DNA of 35,171 nucleotides from Candidatus Gottesmanbacteria bacterium (GTDB lineage: Bacteria > Patescibacteriota > Microgenomatia > UBA10105 > UBA927), in the NCBI GenBank assembly GCA_963809665.1, contig CAWEKC010000004.1:1-35171 (forward strand), in the 5' to 3' direction. The position numbers and the translations under genes are program-made. Positions 27,867-35,171 of the stretch are shown piece after piece (position 1 is the first letter of the stretch; the number at the start of each line of letters is the position of its first letter). The notes under the pieces are model-generated. The model saw only the letters and a list, made by a program, of their open reading frames with translations. It did no database searches and had not been told where the DNA came from.

Positions 27867-28997
27867 GACTTTTGATTGTTCTGTTTTTGGCAAGTTTACT
27901 TCTTGGGCAAATCGGGGGGTTTTCTCCGGCCGGCGGAGTCGTGATATACGTGCATGATATCGTATTGGCGGCAGCGGTGATTGTTTCAGTGGTAAAAATA
28001 GTACGCGGAAAAAAATTGCCGCATTCAAAGCTGATGACGCCGATTCTACTGGTTATCGCGGCGTGTCTTGTTTCGCTGTTGGTTAATTATTGGCGGTTCC
28101 CGCCGCAGTCACTCTTCAGCGGGAGTTTATATCTTGTCCGGTGGATATTATATTCTTTTGTGTATATATTGGTGCTTCAGGATTTTGTTGACACGCGTTT
28201 CTGGCTCAGGGGTCTGTATGCTGTCGGCGTGGGATTAGGAGTTCTGGGGCTCATGCAGTTTATACTGTACCCGGATCTGCGCAACCTGTATTATCTCGGG
28301 TGGGATCCGCATTATTATCGCGTATTTTCAACGCTTCTTGATCCTAATTTCGCCGGAATTACTATTCGTTCTCACCCTTCTTTTAGGGTTTGGTCTGTGG
28401 AGCAAAAAGAAAAATAATACCTGTCTTATATTCGGACAGGTAATTACATTTATTTCCCTGCTTTTGACATATTCCAGAAGCAGTTACGCGGCTTTTGGCG
28501 TAGCGGCGGTTTATCTGGCCATACGGATGAAACAATGGAAGGTGATGTTTGCACTGGTTGTGTTTACAGGCCTTGTTTTTATCATTCCGCGTACTTCCGG
28601 AAATACGTTGAGTCTTCTGCGGCCGGATTCCACGCTGGCAAGGGTCGGAAACTGGCAGGAGAGCATTAACCTTATCGTCAAGGCACCGGTTTTTGGTTAC
28701 GGATTTGACACGCTCCGTTTTCTTGCGCCTGCATCAGGTGTCATACCATCAAAAGCTGCGGCAGGACTCGACAGCAGCATATTGTTTATTCTTGCGACAA
28801 CAGGCATTGTTGGGCTCTGTGCATACTTGTTTCTTATCACATCCATGATCCGGGCCGATACACGTGCATTGGGACCGGTTTTTGCAGCCAGTATTTCGGC
28901 GCTGCTTGTTCATAGTCTGTTCGTAAACAGCCTGTTCTACCCATGGGTAATGATTTGGATATGGATACTTGCCGGTGTTACGACTTATGATAGGTGA
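27863..28997 (+). CDS. O-antigen ligase/Wzy-like protein, split by a +1 frameshift near 28358
   Basis: RVFSTLLDPNFAG joins LLFVLTLL..LLTYSRSS..R...W..GYGF..LVHSLFVNSLFYP when one A is removed from GGAATTA. Confidence 0.8.
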
Positions 28998-29694
28998 CTT
29001 TTCGCTGGATTGTTGTCTGATTCCCTGCAGCATCCGTCGCTACGATATTGAGAATATTATCCCCTTCATTTAACGGATACCCGTAGCTGAACGAATTATC
29101 TGTTTTAATAACCACGACGCGGTCGTTAATCGTGACCGTAACATTATCGTCCGTCATGCCGTTGACGGTTACCGTGTTGGTATCACCGGTTACCGTAGAA
29201 TTATCCGAAGGATCGCTGACTATGAGTTTCGGCGGTGCATTACCGTAGGTGACGGAAACAATATTGGACAGGTCGCTTAGATTTCCTTTTGTATCTGTAA
29301 GTTTTGCGCTTATAGTATTTGAGCCGGCTGTTAACGGGACACTTGGTACCACAAACGTCCCGTCCTCTTTGACACTTACCTGCTTGAGTTCTTTATTGTT
29401 CACATACAGGATGAGGGTAAGCCCTGTTTGTCCTTTACCGTTAACGGAAATTGCTGCGCTGTTTGTAGCCTCTGTCGGAGGATTAAGTGTCGGCGGAAGA
29501 ATGATCGTTTGCTGTTGCTGCGCTGTTGCCGGTGAATTACCCCGGAGCGTATCAACTAAAAGACTGAAGCCGATAAGGGCTTTGACGCCGAAGAGGAGTA
29601 TAAGAATAAATATACCGAAGATACCGGCAATAGCCAGAACGAGCCGCCGCTTTTCTTTGCGGTCAGCGACCCTGTTTAAACGTGAAAATGCCAT
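28978..29694 (-). CDS. Membrane-anchored protein with two Ig-like (bacterial Big-type) domains
   Basis: Basic N-terminus plus TM; LTAGSNTISAKLTD..GN and LNEGDNILNIVATDAAGN repeats. Confidence 0.8.
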   Translation of the reverse strand: MAFSRLNRVADRKEKRRLVLAIAGIFGIFILILLFGVKALIGFSLLVDTLRGNSPATAQQQQTIILPPTLNPPTEATNSAAISVNGKGQTGLTLILYVNNKELKQVSVKEDGTFVVPSVPLTAGSNTISAKLTDTKGNLSDLSNIVSVTYGNAPPKLIVSDPSDNSTVTGDTNTVTVNGMTDDNVTVTINDRVVVIKTDNSFSYGYPLNEGDNILNIVATDAAGNQTTIQRKVTYHKS

Positions 29695-29697
29695 ATG

Positions 29698-29768
29698 AGC
29701 CTCCTGTCAGAATCGAACTGACATCTACGGTTTACGATACCGCTGCTCTGCCACTGAGCTAAGGAGGC
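29698..29768 (-). tRNA. tRNA-Thr(CGT), CCA not encoded
   Basis: GCCTCCT/AGGAGGC acceptor; anticodon arm GCGGT-ATCGTAA-ACCGT; T arm GTCAG-TTCGATT-CTGAC. Confidence 0.9.
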
Positions 29769-29777
29769 TGTCTTTTG

Positions 29778-29848
29778 AGCGGGATACGAGAATCGAACTC
29801 GCTTCTCCACCTTGGGAAGGTGGCATACTACCGGTGTACTAATCCCGC
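29778..29848 (-). tRNA. tRNA-Gly(CCC), CCA not encoded
   Basis: GCGGGAT/ATCCCGC acceptor; CCACC-TTCCCAA-GGTGG; U73. Confidence 0.93.
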
Positions 29849-29849
29849 A

Positions 29850-29879
29850 AATGAAAAAAGCCAGAAGGCCTTTTTCATT
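29850..29879. terminator. Terminator-like hairpin between the LysM gene and tRNA-Gly
   Basis: Minus strand AATGAAAAAGGCC-TTCT-GGCTTTTTTCATT; U-tract on either strand. Confidence 0.45.
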
Positions 29880-29910
29880 ATACGTGTTATTATTTCGAAA
29901 TAATAATGTA

Positions 29911-30459
29911 CTAGGGCATCCTCAGGACGTTTCCCGAATGGATGATCCCCGGATTCTCAAGTTTATTTGCCGTCGCGATATCTGTCCATCGATACCCGTT
30001 GCTATATTCCCGTTCTGCTATAGTCCACAGATCGTCTCCCTTCACCACAATGTAACTGTTGTCTTTCGGTTTTTCACTGACTGATGCAGCCATGATTGCA
30101 GGTGACGAGACTAATTTGGGAGCTACATCCGGAATTGTAAGGGTAGTACCCGCCTCGATAAGGTCCGGATTAGCTACTTTATTTGCATCCCGAATATCCA
30201 CCCAGTTATAACCGCTCTTATAATACGTTTCTGAAATTGTCCAGAGCGATTCGCCCGCAACTACCGTATGTTTTGCCGGCAATGTCGCTGATCCTGTAGC
30301 CTGACCGGTAGCCTCCTTCTGGGTGCTTGCGGCCTGTTGAGATCTGGATTTGACGAAATTGACGATCGTTATACCGATAACCAAAACGACCGCCAATCCA
30401 AGAACGAGAGAAACAATAGAATCGGTTGAATCGAATTTTTTAATAAGTGATTTCCACAT
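29911..30459 (-). CDS. Membrane-anchored protein with two LysM domains
   Basis: HTVVAGESLWTISE..W..I..AN..NPDLI and YIVVKGDDLWTIA..AN..NPGII. Confidence 0.93.
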   Translation of the reverse strand: MWKSLIKKFDSTDSIVSLVLGLAVVLVIGITIVNFVKSRSQQAASTQKEATGQATGSATLPAKHTVVAGESLWTISETYYKSGYNWVDIRDANKVANPDLIEAGTTLTIPDVAPKLVSSPAIMAASVSEKPKDNSYIVVKGDDLWTIAEREYSNGYRWTDIATANKLENPGIIHSGNVLRMP

Positions 30460-30505
30460 ACATTAATGTCCTCCGTTCCAGGCAGATGTGAATGAGCAGT
30501 TGATA

Positions 30506-30583
30506 TGGCGGGACCGAGGGGACTCGAACCCCCGACCTCCTCCTTGACAGGGAGGCGCTCTAACCAGGCTGAGCTACGATCCC
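30506..30583 (-). tRNA. tRNA-Asp(GTC), CCA encoded
   Basis: GGGATCG/CGGTCCC acceptor, G73-CCA; CCTCC-CTGTCAA-GGAGG. Confidence 0.95.
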
Positions 30584-30600
30584 ATTCTTGAACTTCTAGC

Positions 30601-30630
30601 ATGATACCATCGCTATTTGAGCACGGTCAA
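30601..30630 (-). promoter_or_regulatory. Promoter TTGACC-N18-TATCAT (extended TG) for the tRNA-Asp unit
   Basis: Minus-strand hexamers at 30630-30625 and 30606-30601; divergent from the polX promoter TGATATGAT at 30637-30645. Confidence 0.5.
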
Positions 30631-30654
30631 TTGATCTGATATGATCAGTTTGAC

Positions 30655-32433
30655 ATGACGAATCTTGAAATTGCAGAATTACTCCGCAGGGTAGCCGCAG
30701 CATACGAAATCCTCGGTGAAAACAGGTTCCGCATCATCGCGTATGAACGGGCCGCAGACAGTATTGAACACCTGACCAGCGAATTGAAGGATTATTGGGA
30801 CGATAAAAAGTTGATGGATATTCCCGGTGTCGGTGACACGTTGGCCGCACATCTTGATGAGTTATTCAGGACCGGCCATTCAAAGCATTTCGACAGCGTT
30901 ATGGCGAAACTACCGGGTGCGGTATTTCCGCTCCTTCTTATTCCCGGAATCGGACCGAAGAAAGCGTATAAATTAGTAACCATACTGAAACTTAAAAATG
31001 AAAAAACTGTGGTCAGTGATCTTGAAAAAGAGGCAAAGGCACATAGAATTGCCCCTATTGAAAGTTTCGGAGAAAAATCGGAATCGTTAATACTCACGAA
31101 TATCGCAATTTACCGGAAAGGCCAGATAAAGGAAAACCGTATGGCATTGCCGGTTGCAGACGCAATCGCTTCAGACATTATTGCGTTTTTAAAGAAAATA
31201 CCCGCAGCGAAACGCGTGGATGTTCTGGGAAGCCTGCGGCGTCAGGTCTCAACGGTCGGGGATATCGATATAGCCGTAGCAACCACTGAGCCGAAGGTTA
31301 TTCTTTCACATTTTCTTGCGTATCCCCATGAGAAGATTATTGAGGAAGGCCCCACAGGCGCATCTCTCCGGCTTCATAACGGAAGGCAGGTAGATCTCCG
31401 GGTCCAGAAACCGGATCTCTATGGGGCGATGCTCCAGTATTTTACCGGCGGCAAAAATCACAATATCGCCCTGCGGTCATTTGCATTGTCCCGCGGGTTG
31501 TCACTTAATGAGTATGGTATTAAGCACGTCTTAAGCGGAAAAATGGACAAATTTGGTTCCGAAGAGACATTTTATAAAGCGATCGGTCTTGAGTTCATTC
31601 CTCCTGAACTACGCGAAGATAAAGGAGAAATTGAAGCCGCACGTAAAGGCACGCTCCCGAGACTAGTAGCACTACCCGATATCAAGGGTGATCTTCATAT
31701 TCACACAGATTATGACCTGGAACCGTCACATGATCTTGGAGCAAACCCGTTTTCAGATTATCTGGACCGTGCAGCCGAACTGGGGTACGAATATGTCGGT
31801 ATCAGTGATCACAACCCGAGCATGGCTAATCATAGTTCTAAGCAAATAATTGAAATAATGAAGCGCCGGCAAGAAGTTTATGAACACAAATATTCCTCAT
31901 GGGTAAAACATACACATAAACGAATACATTATTTACTCATGTGTGAAGTTGATATTCTTCCTGACGGGAAATTAGCCTTACCGGATGAGGCCTTTACGTA
32001 TGTTGACGGTGTCATAGCATCGGTGCATTCAAGTTTTATCCAGGACAGGAAAACAATCACCAAACGGATTATTTCCGGGCTCACCGGTAATCCGAAGGTC
32101 CGGATATTCGGACATCCAACCGGAAGATTACTAGGCAAAAGGGAAGGCGTGGATGCCGACTGGCGGGAAGTATTTCTTGCGTGCAAAGAACACGATATTG
32201 CCCTTGAAATCAACGGCGGGCCCGAACGTCTTGATCTCACCGATGTCCTTGTGTACGATGCGGTGAAAGAACAAATTAAAGTATGTATTAATACCGACTC
32301 GCATGCTGTAGATCAAATGGATCTTATGAAATACGGCGTATCCGTTGCCCGCCGTGGATGGGCAACAAAGTATGACATTGTGAACACCATGGAGTATAAT
32401 GTGTTTAATAAATGGTTATTGAAAGGAGCATAA
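30655..32433 (+). CDS. polX: DNA polymerase X / PHP-domain 3'-5' exonuclease
   Basis: GSLRR..GDIDI, LQYFTG, LNEYG, PPELRE; PHP motifs DLHIHT, SDH, HPTGR, NTDSH. Confidence 0.95.
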   Translation: MTNLEIAELLRRVAAAYEILGENRFRIIAYERAADSIEHLTSELKDYWDDKKLMDIPGVGDTLAAHLDELFRTGHSKHFDSVMAKLPGAVFPLLLIPGIGPKKAYKLVTILKLKNEKTVVSDLEKEAKAHRIAPIESFGEKSESLILTNIAIYRKGQIKENRMALPVADAIASDIIAFLKKIPAAKRVDVLGSLRRQVSTVGDIDIAVATTEPKVILSHFLAYPHEKIIEEGPTGASLRLHNGRQVDLRVQKPDLYGAMLQYFTGGKNHNIALRSFALSRGLSLNEYGIKHVLSGKMDKFGSEETFYKAIGLEFIPPELREDKGEIEAARKGTLPRLVALPDIKGDLHIHTDYDLEPSHDLGANPFSDYLDRAAELGYEYVGISDHNPSMANHSSKQIIEIMKRRQEVYEHKYSSWVKHTHKRIHYLLMCEVDILPDGKLALPDEAFTYVDGVIASVHSSFIQDRKTITKRIISGLTGNPKVRIFGHPTGRLLGKREGVDADWREVFLACKEHDIALEINGGPERLDLTDVLVYDAVKEQIKVCINTDSHAVDQMDLMKYGVSVARRGWATKYDIVNTMEYNVFNKWLLKGA

Positions 32434-32434
32434 T

Positions 32435-32989
32435 ATGAGTCCGGTACTTATTATAGGAATAATTATTGTAGTCCTCGCACTGTATATCTGGTCGCTATAT
32501 AACGGCTTGGTAACGCTCAAGATGCGCATTGATGAAGCGTGGAGCCAGATTGACGTACAGCTGAAACGCAGAGCAGACCTAATCCCTAATCTTGTTGAAA
32601 CAGTAAAGGGATACGCAAAACACGAAAAATCCATAATGACGGCCGTGACGAATGCGCATAAGGCAATGCTCGGGGCAAAAAGTATCGATTCCAAAGCCAA
32701 AGCCAGCGATGCGCTGTCCGGAGCGCTGGGAAAACTATTGGCGATAGCTGAAAATTATCCTCAACTGAAAGCCAACGACGGTTTTATACAACTGCAAAAG
32801 GAACTCTCCGATACGGAGGATAAAGTCGCGTATTCGCGCCAATATTACAACAGTTCCGTATTGGAATTTAATACTAAAATACAGGTATTTCCGAATTCAC
32901 TTCTGGCTTCCGGTTTAGGATTCAATTCAAAGGAATTCTTCGGAGCCAGTGAAGCTGATCGGCAACCGACGAAGGTGAAGTTTGAATGA
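32435..32989 (+). CDS. lemA: LemA family protein
   Basis: YN.LV..AWSQIDVQLKRRADLIPNLVETVKGYAKHE, ENYPQLKA. Confidence 0.95.
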   Translation: MSPVLIIGIIIVVLALYIWSLYNGLVTLKMRIDEAWSQIDVQLKRRADLIPNLVETVKGYAKHEKSIMTAVTNAHKAMLGAKSIDSKAKASDALSGALGKLLAIAENYPQLKANDGFIQLQKELSDTEDKVAYSRQYYNSSVLEFNTKIQVFPNSLLASGLGFNSKEFFGASEADRQPTKVKFE

Positions 32990-33885
32990 CAATATCCTCG
33001 CAGATTAATTCAAATATAACCAAAACATACGTTTTCATGACGCTGTTTGTGGCATTCGTCGTAATTGCGGCGTACGTGATGGGAAACGCGCTCGGATACG
33101 GAAATTCCTGGATGATCATCGCAGTGTTATTTTCCGTTGTCTCCAGTTTCGTAAGCTACTACTGGGGAGCCAATCTTGTTCTGGCAATGTCCCACGCCCG
33201 ACCCGCGGACCGCCGTCGCGACTTTGATTTTTTTACCGTTTCAGAAAACCTGGCGATTGCCGCCGGCATTCCAAAACCGAAATTATACATCATAGACGAT
33301 ACGGCAATGAATGCGTTCGCAACCGGCCGCGACCCACAGCATGCCGTCGTATGCGCCACAAGCGGGATTCTGGCCCGTTTGGACCGGCGGGAACTTGAAG
33401 GCGTAATCGCCCATGAACTGTCGCATATAAAGAATTTTGATATACGTCTTATGGCGGTCGTGGCGGTTTTGGTTGGCTCTGTCGCGTTTTTGGCTGACAT
33501 GTTCATGCGGACACTCTGGTGGGGCGGCGGACGAAGGAACCGTGATAGTAATAACAATCTCGGATCTATATTGCTGATTGCCGGAATTGTACTCGCCATT
33601 TTATCGCCGGTTATTGCCACACTCATACAACTGGCGGTGTCGCGCAAACGCGAACTGCTTGCAGATGCCTCCGGAGCGTTGCTGACCCGTTATCCGGAAG
33701 GTCTTGCGAGGGCTCTTCAAAAAATATCGGGCGATAAAGAGGTATTGGAAGCGGCAACCAATGCCACGGCGCACTTGTTCATCGTAAATCCGTTTAAAGG
33801 CAAAAACTTCGGTACGTGGTTTTCAGGATTATTCGACACCCATCCGCCGATTGCCGAGCGGATTAAGCTTCTTCGGGAAATGTAA
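32986..33885 (+). CDS. htpX: HtpX-family M48 zinc metalloprotease
   Basis: NAFATGR, HELSH (HExxH), SRKRELLADA, THPP. Confidence 0.93.
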   Translation: MTISSQINSNITKTYVFMTLFVAFVVIAAYVMGNALGYGNSWMIIAVLFSVVSSFVSYYWGANLVLAMSHARPADRRRDFDFFTVSENLAIAAGIPKPKLYIIDDTAMNAFATGRDPQHAVVCATSGILARLDRRELEGVIAHELSHIKNFDIRLMAVVAVLVGSVAFLADMFMRTLWWGGGRRNRDSNNNLGSILLIAGIVLAILSPVIATLIQLAVSRKRELLADASGALLTRYPEGLARALQKISGDKEVLEAATNATAHLFIVNPFKGKNFGTWFSGLFDTHPPIAERIKLLREM

Positions 33886-33906
33886 GCCTGCTATAATGAG
33901 CTATAG

Positions 33907-35171
33907 ATGAATCTCCGTACGCGTGTCGCAATAGGTGTTGGCAAATGCGTTTCGTTCGTAAGTACAACGCTCCGGATCGGGGCCGGCGCTACATGGCCCG
34001 GCGAAATTGCATTACGGATACACCCGCGGATCCTGCGGATACTCAGTACCGGTGCCAAACACGTCATTCTTGTTACGGGGACAAACGGGAAGACGACAAC
34101 GGTAAAGATGATTGAGACGATTTTGAAACAAAAGGCCTTACGTGTCGTCCGTAATGCAAGCGGAGCGAACCTTGATAACGGTATTGTCTCTGCATTTCTT
34201 TCAGATACAAAAGCCGACTATTATATTTTTGAAGTTGATGAAGCGACGTTGCCTAATGTTCTTAAAGATCTCGTCCCGCAGATTATAGTTCTCACTAATC
34301 TTTTCCGGGACCAGCTGGACCGGTACGGGGAGGTGGATGCAATCGCTGAAAAATGGCTCGTGGCACTCGGTGCTATAGAGCGCCAGACCGATGTTATCGT
34401 CAACTCAGATGATCCTCATCTGGCGTTCATCGGATCCAAAATATCAGCAAATGTAAAATACTTCGGGCTTGAGGATCCGTCTTTATTTTTATCGTCTATG
34501 CAGCATGCCACAGACACGATCTATTGCCCGAACTGCGGCGCCAGGCTGACGTTTGCGGGGGTATACTTTTCGCATTTAGGTAAGTGGGCGTGCGGTAACT
34601 GCTCGTTTATTCCTCCGAATGAGGATGTTACGTCGGCTGATTTTACCAGTCCGCTTGAGGGTGTGTACAACAAATACAACACGCTTGCCGCGGCACTTAC
34701 TTCTCAAACGCTGGGTATAAGCAAAGAGGATATTCGCGGGGCATTAACCCATTTTACTCCGGCTTTCGGTCGTATGGAGACCGTCGTTGTTGAAGGAAAG
34801 CGGGTAAAAATATTACTTTCCAAAAATCCGACGGGGTTTAATGAGTCGCTTCGCACCGTTTCCGCCTCGCCGGACCGCGGACCGGTACTTCTGGTTCTTA
34901 ACGACCGTATTCCCGACGGTCGGGACGTCAGCTGGATCTGGGATGTGGATTTTGAGGAGTACCGTACGTTCCCGCGGTACATTGTAAGCGGTGACAGGGT
35001 GTTTGATATGGCGCTTCGTCTGAAATATGCCCAGGTCAGCCCCAAAAAGACCGATATTGTCGAATCTCTCGGGGATGCCATTAATAAAGGAATAGACAGG
35101 GTAAAAGACACTGAAGTTCTGTGGATACTCGCAACCTATTCGGCAATGCTCGAAGCCCGTAAAATCCTTAC
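33907..35171 (+). CDS. murT: MurT-type Mur ligase (lipid II isoglutaminyl synthase subunit), truncated by the window end
   Basis: Not in the ORF track (no stop in window). Translation gives VTGTNGKTTT, SGANL, EVDEA, NLFRDQLDRYGE, CPNC..CGNC, SKNPTG, DGRDVSWIWDVDFE. Confidence 0.9.
   Translation, partial: MNLRTRVAIGVGKCVSFVSTTLRIGAGATWPGEIALRIHPRILRILSTGAKHVILVTGTNGKTTTVKMIETILKQKALRVVRNASGANLDNGIVSAFLSDTKADYYIFEVDEATLPNVLKDLVPQIIVLTNLFRDQLDRYGEVDAIAEKWLVALGAIERQTDVIVNSDDPHLAFIGSKISANVKYFGLEDPSLFLSSMQHATDTIYCPNCGARLTFAGVYFSHLGKWACGNCSFIPPNEDVTSADFTSPLEGVYNKYNTLAAALTSQTLGISKEDIRGALTHFTPAFGRMETVVVEGKRVKILLSKNPTGFNESLRTVSASPDRGPVLLVLNDRIPDGRDVSWIWDVDFEEYRTFPRYIVSGDRVFDMALRLKYAQVSPKKTDIVESLGDAINKGIDRVKDTEVLWILATYSAMLEARKIL

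Noticed and set aside
28338-28417. Programmed frameshift or phase variation in the O-antigen ligase
   Set aside because: No homopolymer tract or slippery heptamer at the junction (GGAATTA); a simple indel is more parsimonious
30443-30463. Out-of-frame mini-ORF (MYVEITY*) 6 nt after the LysM gene SD
   Set aside because: Too short to distinguish from chance without conservation or ribosome-profiling data
29812-30602. Short ORFs 29812-30084(+) and 30369-30602(-)
   Set aside because: They overlap tRNA genes and the LysM gene; spurious
1-35171. CRISPR array, integron attC sites, IS elements, prophage, DGR/retron, or stop-codon reassignment
   Set aside because: No regularly spaced repeats and no recombinase, RT or phage genes seen; TGA, TAG and TAA all terminate well-conserved genes

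Overview
Gene-dense bacterial chromosome segment (genetic code 11). Gene content, ORFan density and promoter style suggest a CPR/Patescibacteria (Microgenomates-like) genome, which is an inference. Left to right it holds: three GT-C-like membrane proteins; an accessory block of ORFans with a GT-B-like protein, a SRAP protein, a Thr/Pro-rich anchored protein and a methyltransferase; a deacetylase/hydrolase-like membrane protein; ileS-rodA-rplU-(Trm11-like methyltransferase)-rpmA-parB; lepB; tRNA-Val; a surface-glycan locus (Wzx, methyltransferase, 3x GT4, GT2, ArnT-like, O-antigen ligase) with an AT-rich front part; a minus-strand unit tRNA-Asp/LysM/tRNA-Gly/tRNA-Thr/Ig-like; and polX-lemA-htpX-murT (truncated by the window). 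I found no CRISPR array, transposase, integrase or phage genes, and no clearly self-contained new system. The best leads are: (1) a tRNA-Thr whose acceptor stem supplies, and would sequester, a perfect Shine-Dalgarno sequence 5 nt before the next start codon; (2) widespread leaderless or short-leader genes; (3) an IleRS with altered HIGH (HYGT) and editing motifs; (4) an archaeal/eukaryotic-type Trm11-like methyltransferase between rplU and rpmA. Several single-base frameshifts look like sequencing errors.
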